NCBI GenBank assembly: GCA_002788675.1
Contig: PFRS01000001.1
Coordinates: 234,706 to 298,705, forward strand
From: Candidatus Pacebacteria bacterium CG_4_9_14_0_2_um_filter_40_15
Lineage (GTDB): Bacteria; Patescibacteriota; Microgenomatia; UBA1400; PJMF01
Direction: 5' to 3'
DNA length: 64,000 nucleotides
Part shown: one piece after another, positions 38,040-47,370 of the stretch
Layout: every line of letters starts with the position of its first letter
How positions within the stretch are numbered: position 1 is the first letter of the stretch
Position numbers and translations under genes: made by a program
Notes under the pieces: generated by a model
Database searches by the model: none
Told to the model about the DNA's origin: nothing
Seen by the model: the letters and a program-made list of their open reading frames with translations, nothing else

Positions 38040-40034
38040 TTATTTCTCAGGCGGAGCGTAATCATCTATCGAATAGAGATTTTGCGATTTTCGCTCAGTT
38101 GTGTCCGTTTGCATCTTTTGCTGAAGCTTTTGTTGAGCAGCAGGCTGATTGGGTGTTTGTGCTTGAGGTGGATGTACGTTATCGGCCGCAGCAACTTTTG
38201 CTGCTTGTTGTCGTTTATATATTTCTTCAGGGTTTGTGGTAATGAGTTGATGTTCTTCATCAGAGGCAACAACGCGCAATGCTACATGGTTTTGACCTGC
38301 AAAGAAAATACCTTCACCCACATCGGCCGTGACGAGAAGCTGTCGCTCTCCTTGTGATAGGTAGAATGTTTCAGCTAAGACGGGGATTGAAGCAGTTGAC
38401 TGCTTCATTAAGAATTGAATCGAAGCATTTGTAACAATTGCTTTTCCGTAATCGTTATGGATAAAGTCTTCAACGTCCTGAGTAATAGTCGTGATGCCTA
38501 AGTAGTATTTGCGAGCGCGTTTCACCATAGAGTGAATAAATGAAGCTGAATCTGGATGTTTCATAAAGTACCAGGCCTCATCAACAACGAGAATGCGTTT
38601 TTTGAGATCTTTTTTCACACGAGTCCAGATAAAGTCCAAAATCATATACATGGCAATTGGACGCATTTCTTCTTCCATTTCTTTAACAGAGAAGACAGTC
38701 AACTGATTGGTAATGTTTATGTTTGATTTTTGATCAAAGATACCTCTAAAAGATCCAGTAATGAATTTTTCAAGGCGGGCAGCGATATCATTGGCATCAT
38801 TATTTTCCATACCAATAAGTGCTTTGTAGACGTCCTCCATGAGTGGTGGCTCGTTTGTTTGAGTAGCCGGATCCGGGGTGATACCCTTTGCTTTATAGGC
38901 TGCAACAAGTGCTCTATCAAGCAAGGCTTCTTGCTGAGCAGACATTACTCCCAACATAACTTTAAGGAGCCCATGGAGAGATATAATTTTTTGGCCGAGT
39001 TCGTTTTCACCTTCTTCATACAGATTGGAAAGATCGAATGGATTAATTTTAGATTCAGAACTAAACGTGAAGTTAATGTATTGCCCTTCAACAGCTACTG
39101 CCAGATCTTCATATTCGTGTTCCGGATCAAGTACAATCACTTCTGCACCAAACATAAGTTGTCTGAGAATTTCGAGTTTAACGGTATATGATTTTCCAGC
39201 ACCAGATTTTGCGAAGATGACCATGTTGGCATTTTCCATTTTGAAGCGGTCAAAGATGATCAATGATTCATTATGCTCGTTAATGCCATACATGATTCCG
39301 GTTTCCATGGTGAGTTCACTTGATGTGAAGGGAAAGGTTGTTGCAAGAGATGTGGTATCCATGTTTCGAGTAACTTGGAGCTTGTCCACACCCATTGGGA
39401 GCGTCGACTTAAAACCATCGTCCATTTGAAGCGTGGCTTTTTTAGAAACAATTAAGAGAGAACCCAACGTAGACTGGATAGCTTTAGTAACTCTATCGAG
39501 TTCATCTTTATCTTTTGCCTGAATAGTTACGTACAAACCAAATTGAAAGAATCTTTCAGAACCTTTTGCCAATTCTTCACGAATGTAGCGAGCGTCCTCA
39601 AGTTTAACTTCAGTATTAATGTTTGAGATTTTACCGGCACGAAGGTCTGATTGGATTTCAGCTTCCATTTCAGTAATTTTTCTTTTGAGGTTGTCAAGAA
39701 TTTCACCTGAATCGACAGGATACACAAACATTGAAACATTTATCTGATGAGGAAAGTTAATAAGTGGTGAAAGCCAGTTAGCTGGAACGGATCGGGGATA
39801 CCCCGCCACAAACAGTGTCCGGGTAAAGGTCTCATTAATTTTTTGAAAAGTGAAGTCAACTTCAATGGCTTCAGGAGCAATAATGTCTTGAATAGTGACT
39901 AAGCCTCGAGAGAACTCTTGCAGTTTTTCGAGTTCGCGCTTTTGTTTTTCAAGCTCTTTTGCTTCAGGAGTAGCTTCTGCTGGAGCAGCAGTTTTTTTCT
40001 TTCCAAATGGTAGTAGTGAGCTTAAGTCGGGCAT
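38040..40034 (-). CDS. virB4: VirB4/TraC-like T4SS ATPase
   Basis: FPFTS, YGIN, NANMVIFAKSGAGKSY, LDPEHEY, INPFD, VDEAW, KRARKY..GIT.ITQD. Confidence 0.92.
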   Translation of the reverse strand: MPDLSSLLPFGKKKTAAPAEATPEAKELEKQKRELEKLQEFSRGLVTIQDIIAPEAIEVDFTFQKINETFTRTLFVAGYPRSVPANWLSPLINFPHQINVSMFVYPVDSGEILDNLKRKITEMEAEIQSDLRAGKISNINTEVKLEDARYIREELAKGSERFFQFGLYVTIQAKDKDELDRVTKAIQSTLGSLLIVSKKATLQMDDGFKSTLPMGVDKLQVTRNMDTTSLATTFPFTSSELTMETGIMYGINEHNESLIIFDRFKMENANMVIFAKSGAGKSYTVKLEILRQLMFGAEVIVLDPEHEYEDLAVAVEGQYINFTFSSESKINPFDLSNLYEEGENELGQKIISLHGLLKVMLGVMSAQQEALLDRALVAAYKAKGITPDPATQTNEPPLMEDVYKALIGMENNDANDIAARLEKFITGSFRGIFDQKSNINITNQLTVFSVKEMEEEMRPIAMYMILDFIWTRVKKDLKKRILVVDEAWYFMKHPDSASFIHSMVKRARKYYLGITTITQDVEDFIHNDYGKAIVTNASIQFLMKQSTASIPVLAETFYLSQGERQLLVTADVGEGIFFAGQNHVALRVVASDEEHQLITTNPEEIYKRQQAAKVAAADNVHPPQAQTPNQPAAQQKLQQKMQTDTTERKSQNLYSIDDYAPPEK

Positions 40035-40048
40035 TAGGTTCTATCTTA

Positions 40049-41599
40049 CTAGATTTCTGGGAGAGGAGGAAGGTCTGCTCCAGATTTTTGGTCGTTAGTT
40101 GGTGTTGCTGCTTGAACAGGTTCCGTTGTAGTGGGTATCTCAAAAATTGGTTCGATTGGTGATCCCAGTGAAGCTGCTTTATCTGGACTGGTTGTGTTCA
40201 TAACAGCACCGGCATCAGGAACAACAGCACTTATTGGTGAAGGTGCAGCTTGTTGCATATTGGGTAGTGTGGGTTTTGGTAGATCAGATGAACCAGTTGT
40301 GGAAGCAAGCGTTGGCCCTACAACCGCAGGTTTTGGTGTTGAAGGAGAACTCTTGATTGGAGATTGAGGAACAGCGACAGGTATTTCAGAAACAGTAGGT
40401 TCAGCCTCTTCAATAGTTGCTGTTTCAGTTGGAGTTGTTGTTTGTGATGGAACAGTTGTGTCTGTTGGTTTTTCAATAGCATTAGTTGGTTCTGGTTGAA
40501 TTGGTTCTGTTGAAGCAGTGGGTTCAGCTAGAGTAACAGCTACTGGCTCGGGTGATGCTAGGGGGTCTGGTGTCGCCGGTGCAGGACTTTCAGTTGGCTG
40601 GACAGCAACTTCAGGTTGTGTTTGGGCATCGTCTACAGGAGTAGGTGTTGCTGGCATTTGAGTTGGCGTATAGCCTTGAGTTGTTGCCGTTTGAGCTGGA
40701 AAAGAAGTGCTTTCTTGAGGAAGCGTTATTTCAGAAGGAAGTGTTACTGGGAAATCGGGTGATAGCTGGGCAGGAATACTTGCAGGTTCAGGAACGGGTG
40801 TTGGAAGAGCTCCTGGGAGAGTAGCTTCTTGTTCTTGAATAGCTGTAGCTGCCGCTGTGGCAACAGGAACAGGCTGATTCATGGTTGGGTTTTGAGCGTC
40901 GTTCATCGTGGCTCCTTCAACTCCAGCTGTGACCATTGGAGTGGTGTAATTACTAGTGTCAGAAATTTGCTGCCCCTCGGCCGCTTCTGGGTTATAGCTT
41001 ACATAGAAAAATTGAATGATCTCTTGAGTTGCTAGTTGTCTAGCAAAAAGTCCAATTCTTCCAAACTGGGCAAGTAAGTGATCTCGTTTTGGTTCAAGTA
41101 AATTGCGAGCCTTTTCAATTACAGCAGTGCGTTGCTCGGGGTTAATAGCTGAGGTATTTGACTGACCAGGCATGATACTCTGAGCAGGTAAAATTCCCAG
41201 CTCGATAGGCGCTGCTGAAAGTGCCACATAGAATTTTTTATCAAGAACATTTCTTTCTCTAATTAAATTACCGACAAACTCTCGATAGCGACGGATTCGC
41301 TGTTGCTGTGTTCGAGATGTTGATTGATCTTCTTGGTCTTTGAGAATTTGAAGATAGCTAGTTACGTCTTTTGTTTGTGAATGGATAATAATCTGAATTG
41401 GATAGTTAAGAGAATTGAGTAATCCTGCATAAGAATACATGATGCTGTCTTGTTCTTCTTCAGCAAGCAAACCGAAGTTCATTGCATCAACTTGAATAAT
41501 AAGAGAACAGGTACCATCCTTGAGAATTACCATGTTATTAGTAATATCGAAAATATCAAGAAATTTTTGAGTGGTTGAGTGTAAAATATTTTCAGTCAT
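40049..41599 (-). CDS. T4SS-associated TraC/VirB4-N-like protein with long Pro/Thr-rich tail
   Basis: STTQKFLDIFDI....VILKDG, NFGLLAEEEQ, LNSL.YPIQI, YREFV..LI, V..KKFYV; located between PrgI and VirB4. Confidence 0.7.
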   Translation of the reverse strand: MTENILHSTTQKFLDIFDITNNMVILKDGTCSLIIQVDAMNFGLLAEEEQDSIMYSYAGLLNSLNYPIQIIIHSQTKDVTSYLQILKDQEDQSTSRTQQQRIRRYREFVGNLIRERNVLDKKFYVALSAAPIELGILPAQSIMPGQSNTSAINPEQRTAVIEKARNLLEPKRDHLLAQFGRIGLFARQLATQEIIQFFYVSYNPEAAEGQQISDTSNYTTPMVTAGVEGATMNDAQNPTMNQPVPVATAAATAIQEQEATLPGALPTPVPEPASIPAQLSPDFPVTLPSEITLPQESTSFPAQTATTQGYTPTQMPATPTPVDDAQTQPEVAVQPTESPAPATPDPLASPEPVAVTLAEPTASTEPIQPEPTNAIEKPTDTTVPSQTTTPTETATIEEAEPTVSEIPVAVPQSPIKSSPSTPKPAVVGPTLASTTGSSDLPKPTLPNMQQAAPSPISAVVPDAGAVMNTTSPDKAASLGSPIEPIFEIPTTTEPVQAATPTNDQKSGADLPPLPEI

Positions 41600-41638
41600 T
41601 TTTGTATACTTGTATCTTAGCTGTTTTAGCGGCTACGC

Positions 41639-42832
41639 TCAACTCAAACTTCGAACTTCAATTGGTTGTACCAAGTCTCCGGTTAATTGAATACTCATTG
41701 GTTCAAAAGAGAAGCCATCTTTGTCGACTGTTATGGTGTAATTCCCGTTTGCTAACGGCGTGGTCACAAAGAATTGACCGAGCGCATTTGTTTTAACAGC
41801 TCTGGCAACTGTGCCATCTTGTTGCAAAATTTCGATTATGGCATTAACAATGAGCTCATTATTTGGAGAAAGCACCATTCCAACGAGTTTATTTGGTTCA
41901 CTTGGAGATTCTGGGAAAGGTAGATTTGTGTTGAATTCAGCCTGGTCAGCCATCGTTTGATCATTTTTTGTGCCGTATGCTTCATTACCCATAAAGGTCA
42001 TTGAATCTTCAGCTGGTGTAGAAGTAGTGTCTGTTTCAGCCTCCACAGCTTGTTTGTTTGGATCAACAACAGCAATGAGTTGCGTTTCGGGAATGGCGAT
42101 TTCTTGAGCTACATCTTTGGCATCTTGTTGTTGTTTTGCAAGGACATTGCGTTGCGTGTACATATCAGTTAGGGCTGAGTCTGAGCTGGGAACTGCTCCA
42201 ACAGCATGAGTAGCATTTTGCTGAGGTAGTGCTTGTCCTTCAGCTGAGTACACAACATTTTCTTGGTGTAATGGTCGTAAGTTACGCACGCGCACTCCAA
42301 GTTTGGGCTTGGTGATTCTTCTTGATTTAGCTGTAGTTGGATCTGACTTAACGCTTGAAAAAGTACCCAGAATTGCATTCATTCGATCGATTTCATCTGA
42401 ATCAAATGAGTAAGGGTCTTCAACATTGGGAACAGATGTTAAGTATTCACGGATACGTTCTTTTTTAACTGGGCCTAGATCAACGTCCATCTCGGTGCGA
42501 GGACTAGACATATTTGGTGTAAAACTAAAAACTTCCGGAACATGAGCCTCTCGTTTCCAAAAGAATTGAGTTGGTTTATACATAACTCGAATAAAAGTGA
42601 GAATCCAGTGATCAAGTGGCCGTTCTTCAATGGGTAAAAATGCGATTAGTCCACCTGAAACCCCGGAAAAGAGCATAAGGGGATATTTAATAGCCGCGGG
42701 AAGATTTGTAGAGTAAAAAAGAGCAGCAAGACCTACACCCAGAGCAATTTCAACAAATTGCTTCAGAGTCATGCTTCCAATAATATGGAATTTATAACCG
42801 GTGATGTCTTGAGGAATTGGATGTTCTCTCAT
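41639..42832 (-). CDS. prgI: PrgI (VirB3-like) protein with C-terminal carboxypeptidase-regulatory-like domain
   Basis: HPIPQDI..Y.F.IIGSMTLKQF, two TMs, RPLDHW; C-terminal GMVL...IVNAIIEI...KTNALGQF...L.NGNY. Confidence 0.85.
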   Translation of the reverse strand: MREHPIPQDITGYKFHIIGSMTLKQFVEIALGVGLAALFYSTNLPAAIKYPLMLFSGVSGGLIAFLPIEERPLDHWILTFIRVMYKPTQFFWKREAHVPEVFSFTPNMSSPRTEMDVDLGPVKKERIREYLTSVPNVEDPYSFDSDEIDRMNAILGTFSSVKSDPTTAKSRRITKPKLGVRVRNLRPLHQENVVYSAEGQALPQQNATHAVGAVPSSDSALTDMYTQRNVLAKQQQDAKDVAQEIAIPETQLIAVVDPNKQAVEAETDTTSTPAEDSMTFMGNEAYGTKNDQTMADQAEFNTNLPFPESPSEPNKLVGMVLSPNNELIVNAIIEILQQDGTVARAVKTNALGQFFVTTPLANGNYTITVDKDGFSFEPMSIQLTGDLVQPIEVRSLS

Positions 42833-42932
42833 GATAGGGCAGCCTCTACTTCGATGTGTTCATCATACCAGGAAATTGTCCAACAATTCTAGTCTCGTGT
42901 GATGTTTCATTTTTAGCAGTGCTCAGACACTA

Positions 42933-43565
42933 TTAGCGAGGAAAAGCCTCTGGCTGAGTTGCTTCTGTGCTTAATTGACGCCCCCAGTTGAGCATAAAGG
43001 TTTCTGTGTCGGTTGGTTCAAAATGCCAAGTTTGATTAATAACTTTATTTGAGATGTTGGCAACAATTACTAAGCCTTCATCTAAAAATACGTGTGCTTT
43101 AACATTTTCATTCACTTGAGGTGCGAATAATTCAAAGTCGGGCTCACCATAGAGAGTGATGTAGTTTGAAAGTGTATTGTTTTCATCGAACTTTGCTGGA
43201 ATCTGAATAAATTCGACAATTCCTTCTTTATTTACGAGTATCTCATTATGATAGGCTGCAAAATGTTCAGAGGAATAGGTAATATGTTGTTTTTCAGCTG
43301 GTAGATTCTCAACTTCGAGAGGTTTTCCTAACTCTTCGAGCAGTTTTGGAGTCAGTTTAAATCCAGGAGTTAGGCCTTGCCATGTGTTTTCTTGAACGGG
43401 AGGTTCTTCAATGGGAATAAACTGTTGAACTGCTGATGCGATTACCAGCAACACTGCCAAGACAGCTAAAAAGATGAAAATAATTTTTGTATATTTATTT
43501 TTTTTTGGTTGCTTTGATTGCTCGTACGCTTGATTCTGGTATTTGTGGGCATTTTGTTGTTGCAT
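42933..43565 (-). CDS. Single-TM exported protein, translationally coupled to the upstream gene
   Basis: ATG overlaps the upstream stop (TAATG at 43563-43567); TM, then WQGLTPG...LGKP and YGEPD repeats (SmpA/BLIP-like pattern). Confidence 0.7.
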   Translation of the reverse strand: MQQQNAHKYQNQAYEQSKQPKKNKYTKIIFIFLAVLAVLLVIASAVQQFIPIEEPPVQENTWQGLTPGFKLTPKLLEELGKPLEVENLPAEKQHITYSSEHFAAYHNEILVNKEGIVEFIQIPAKFDENNTLSNYITLYGEPDFELFAPQVNENVKAHVFLDEGLVIVANISNKVINQTWHFEPTDTETFMLNWGRQLSTEATQPEAFPR

Positions 43566-46500
43566 TAGTATTCTATCCCTCCAAAAATATTTTCTTGAAT
43601 CCATGCATATTCTACCGGATAGCGAGACTTGAATGGGAACATGCCTGTCCAGCCATCATTGCTGAAGCTGAGTGTTTGCCAGACAACATAGTCTACAACA
43701 GCTTCTGCAAATGCTTCACCCTCTGAACAGTTACCCGGAACTGGATAGGTAAAGCAGCCGGAATCTCCGGGAAGCGGAGAGGTCTGAATTGCTTTGAATT
43801 GTGTTTGTAAATCTGGCATTGATGGAACAGCTGGTTGGTTTCTAGCATTTATCATATGCCCAGTTTCATGGACTATGGTGTATTCCATCCATTCCACGCT
43901 TGAATTAAAGAAGTCACCGTAAAAACCAATTTTTTCGGTGTTCACTCTCCAACCATAGTATCCTTGAGGGCTTGGTGGCCATTTATGTAGTGAAATATCG
44001 CCTTTTTCACAGAGAAGTGACAAGTACTTGGGATTAGTTCCAACCTTGCTAATAAATGCTCTTAGGAATTTTATAATGTCATCTTTAGTCCACTCAACGG
44101 AGGTATTTACGATAGTTTGGCCAGCGTCATTTTTATATTCTGTTGGTTGATCAGCAGGGGCAAACTCAAAACATCCAATCGGAGGATCTCCTATAATTAA
44201 CATACCGAGTGCCGAGATACTTTCTCCTTGTATTAGGAGCTTTCCGCTGCCGTCATATACGTCAACAACAAAGGTAACGGTATTAATTACCAATGCATCT
44301 TCACCAGAAATTGGCAGCGTATATTCAGCTGTTTGAACGGTTGAAAATTTTTCTTGATCAAAGTTATCAATAGTTAGCGGAGAGTCTGGAACTGTTGCCT
44401 CACCGCCAAGAACCAAAAATTCGTCAGTGACGCGTTTAATTTGCAGGGCATAGCCAGGCTTGGGAAGTATTTTAATTTCGTATGAAATGTCCTTTTCCTC
44501 ATTGTTGTCAATTTCATCAGGCGTTGGTGTTTTTACTATAGTTGCGTATTTAGAGACAGTTGGAGTGCCTTTACTAATGGTAAAGGGCATCGGTACCAAA
44601 AAAGCACCCATGATGACCATAAAAACAATCAATGTCATAAATCCAGGCAAAATAACACTTGTCCCCACTGCGATTGCGGGAAGTGAGGTTAAAAATGAAC
44701 CAGTAGCTGCTGCAGCAGCTTGCAGTCCCGATACTGTTGCAGCCGCAGGAGCAGTTGCTGTCGCGGTGGATCCAGCAACGGCTTGTTGACCGATGTTAGT
44801 AACAGCCTGTACAGCATTGCCTGTTCCTTGAATAACCCCATTTGCTGCTGCTTGGGTACCTTTTGCAATTTGGAGAGGTGTTGTAGCGCTTGTTCCGCTG
44901 CCAAAGACGGAGTTTGCTCCAAATGAGGGAGCGCTGAGCCCTGCGCTAGCAGTACCAGTGGCTGGGCCCTTGCCTATGAGGTTCATGAACCAATTTTGGG
45001 CGGCTAGACCTGCGTTGGCGCCAGCAGACACTCCTAAAAATATAGCGAGTGGGCTTCCAACTCCAAGTACGCCACCTATAATTCCACCAGCAACTCCTCC
45101 AATCATACCTCCCACAGTTTGAAGGGCTTGAATGGTTTTATAGATCAGGGCGCCAACAGCGCCAGCAGTGAGACCAGTTAGGGCTAGGGCTAGTTTTTTT
45201 GTATTTTCTTTACCAATAAGTAATTCAAGTGCTCGAGCTCCAGCAACAACTGCAGTACCCACTCCGGTACCCATAGCAAGTTTTTCTGCAATTTTTTTTG
45301 CAGCTTCGGTTTTGATTTTGCTTGAGGCTGGGTTACCAGCTGCTGCCTTAAATGCGCCCGAAAGCTTTGATGCTGTTCCGGTAGCGGCAGCGACATTATC
45401 AGAACCTGATCCAGTTTTTTTGTTTGAGTCTCCGCCCGATGAGATTTGTTGCTGTGAGACGACCATTTCTTGCAAGCTTTGTTGATCGAGCGGCACTTGC
45501 TCATGCATCTGATCTAAAACTTTTTCATCAATTTGAATTACGAACTCGTTTCGAATGTGAAGGGATAGTGTTTCAGCTCGTTGAACGGTTACAACATATT
45601 CGTTCATCTCTTGAGCTATTGCTAGTTGCTCAAGTTGCGCTTCTTCAGCGACTGTTTGTTCATCAATAATTATTTGAGTGTACTTTTTTAAAAATTTTGG
45701 ATCGAGTTCAGCAATGTTAATTGGCATGGGATATCCCTCAGGAGGATGTTTGCCATCTGGGGTTGGATAATATGCTCCCAGTAGTGCCATTGCAACTGCC
45801 TGTTCTTCAGGTTTAAGGCTGCGCCAAGTTAATCCAAATATTTTTTCATTTTGTTCAAGAGCACGTTGAATTTTTTTTCCTGTTTTATCACTTGTAGTTG
45901 AAATTGCATCTGCAGTAAGTTCACCCTTTTCATCACCACTTGATGCATGAGAAGTAATGGTGTTTCTTACACTGTTGATCAACTCAACTGATTCAGCAGA
46001 GCCCAGGTCTGCATCACCAATAAGACCATCTTTAGTTTTTTCTTCTTGTGTATGTAGTGTGAGTTCAGACACTCTAATTTCAACAAATGAAACAAGAGTT
46101 CCCTTAAGGGCTTCAACTTGATCAGGAGTTAAATCATATGCGGAAAGACCAAATATAAGTTCAATTTTTTGTTTATCAAATGAACTAATAAGCCCAATGG
46201 CTTTGTCACCATGGGTAATCGCTATACTTTCAACAATTTTTTCAACATTTTTATCAACTACTGGATTTTTATCATTAATAATTGAATGCAGTTTTTTCTC
46301 AAAAATTTCTTGAGATGAGCGAACCTCGTTAAATTGAGGAACATTATTTTTTTCGTAAAAGTTTTTTTCTCTAAGTAGTCTGCTTAATCCTCGTATAGCT
46401 TTGAGTCGGGCAGTTGGACTACCAGAAAGCAGAGCTGCTAGGTCACCTTCTTTACCTAAATATTGGGTAGCGTAGTCAGTTAATTGGGCCCTCAATGCTG

Positions 46501-47308
46501 GATCAAGGTCACTCATCTCAACACCCATGCTGTCCGCAATTTGAAGCATAGTGAAGCTCGTCATCCAGCCGACACTAATGCCATATTGTTTTAGTTGTTC
46601 TTGGGAAAGTTGTTCGTTGAGTGGACGTTTAGGATCAATTACTTGATCTTTTTTGAGAAGTGTTTCAGATGCATCCTCGTCGTCTTCAGCATCACCGTCA
46701 CTTGTGTTGGGGGTATTACTTTCACTGAGTTCTTTTCTGAGTTTAATTTTAATATCCTCAGCTGCTTCTTGTGTTTCTACTTCCTCAATAATTTCATCTT
46801 CTTCTTTTTCTGGTTCAGGTTCATCACTTTTTGCAAAAGCAAGAGCTAGTTTATTTGCTAGCTCAGCAATTTCATGTCTTTTTGTCCATGTTGTTAGTTC
46901 GTCGACGACGTCAACCGGTGTGTTAGAAGCAGAAACCCAAGACTCAAGTTGTTTTTCGGTTGTTGCATATGCTTTAAATGCTTCTCGAGAAGCGGAATTT
47001 CTGAATTTTTGAGCTAAGTCGAGCAATATTGCCGCATAATCAGACCAATAAAAATTGTCATCCTGTTCTTCTATTGGGACACCATCTCTTGTGTAATGAG
47101 AAACAGTTAATTCATGTATGTTGCGATCTGAATCAAGAGGAATTCTAACAATCAAGCCAGATTGTAATTCTTCATTACGAACTACTTTTTGGAGCTCTTT
47201 AAGTACTTCTTCAAGTTGAGGACGATTCCGTTTTAATGACAGAGAAGAATTAAGTCGTTTTACGTCTTTAATTTTGACTTCTTCTGGAAGATTATTGTCG
47301 GCTGCCAT
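43565..47308 (-). CDS. Large membrane protein with Gly/Ala-rich hydrophobic core and C-terminal zincin metallopeptidase motif
   Basis: Charged helical N-terminus, GxxxG-rich helices, TM, Ig-like strands, IVHETGH...EAFAE. Confidence 0.75.
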   Translation of the reverse strand: MAADNNLPEEVKIKDVKRLNSSLSLKRNRPQLEEVLKELQKVVRNEELQSGLIVRIPLDSDRNIHELTVSHYTRDGVPIEEQDDNFYWSDYAAILLDLAQKFRNSASREAFKAYATTEKQLESWVSASNTPVDVVDELTTWTKRHEIAELANKLALAFAKSDEPEPEKEEDEIIEEVETQEAAEDIKIKLRKELSESNTPNTSDGDAEDDEDASETLLKKDQVIDPKRPLNEQLSQEQLKQYGISVGWMTSFTMLQIADSMGVEMSDLDPALRAQLTDYATQYLGKEGDLAALLSGSPTARLKAIRGLSRLLREKNFYEKNNVPQFNEVRSSQEIFEKKLHSIINDKNPVVDKNVEKIVESIAITHGDKAIGLISSFDKQKIELIFGLSAYDLTPDQVEALKGTLVSFVEIRVSELTLHTQEEKTKDGLIGDADLGSAESVELINSVRNTITSHASSGDEKGELTADAISTTSDKTGKKIQRALEQNEKIFGLTWRSLKPEEQAVAMALLGAYYPTPDGKHPPEGYPMPINIAELDPKFLKKYTQIIIDEQTVAEEAQLEQLAIAQEMNEYVVTVQRAETLSLHIRNEFVIQIDEKVLDQMHEQVPLDQQSLQEMVVSQQQISSGGDSNKKTGSGSDNVAAATGTASKLSGAFKAAAGNPASSKIKTEAAKKIAEKLAMGTGVGTAVVAGARALELLIGKENTKKLALALTGLTAGAVGALIYKTIQALQTVGGMIGGVAGGIIGGVLGVGSPLAIFLGVSAGANAGLAAQNWFMNLIGKGPATGTASAGLSAPSFGANSVFGSGTSATTPLQIAKGTQAAANGVIQGTGNAVQAVTNIGQQAVAGSTATATAPAAATVSGLQAAAAATGSFLTSLPAIAVGTSVILPGFMTLIVFMVIMGAFLVPMPFTISKGTPTVSKYATIVKTPTPDEIDNNEEKDISYEIKILPKPGYALQIKRVTDEFLVLGGEATVPDSPLTIDNFDQEKFSTVQTAEYTLPISGEDALVINTVTFVVDVYDGSGKLLIQGESISALGMLIIGDPPIGCFEFAPADQPTEYKNDAGQTIVNTSVEWTKDDIIKFLRAFISKVGTNPKYLSLLCEKGDISLHKWPPSPQGYYGWRVNTEKIGFYGDFFNSSVEWMEYTIVHETGHMINARNQPAVPSMPDLQTQFKAIQTSPLPGDSGCFTYPVPGNCSEGEAFAEAVVDYVVWQTLSFSNDGWTGMFPFKSRYPVEYAWIQENIFGGIEY

Positions 47309-47370
47309 GATTCGATTATACCAGGGAAAACAGTAGTTAGAAAGTTGGCATGTTAATTTTTTACTTTAAA

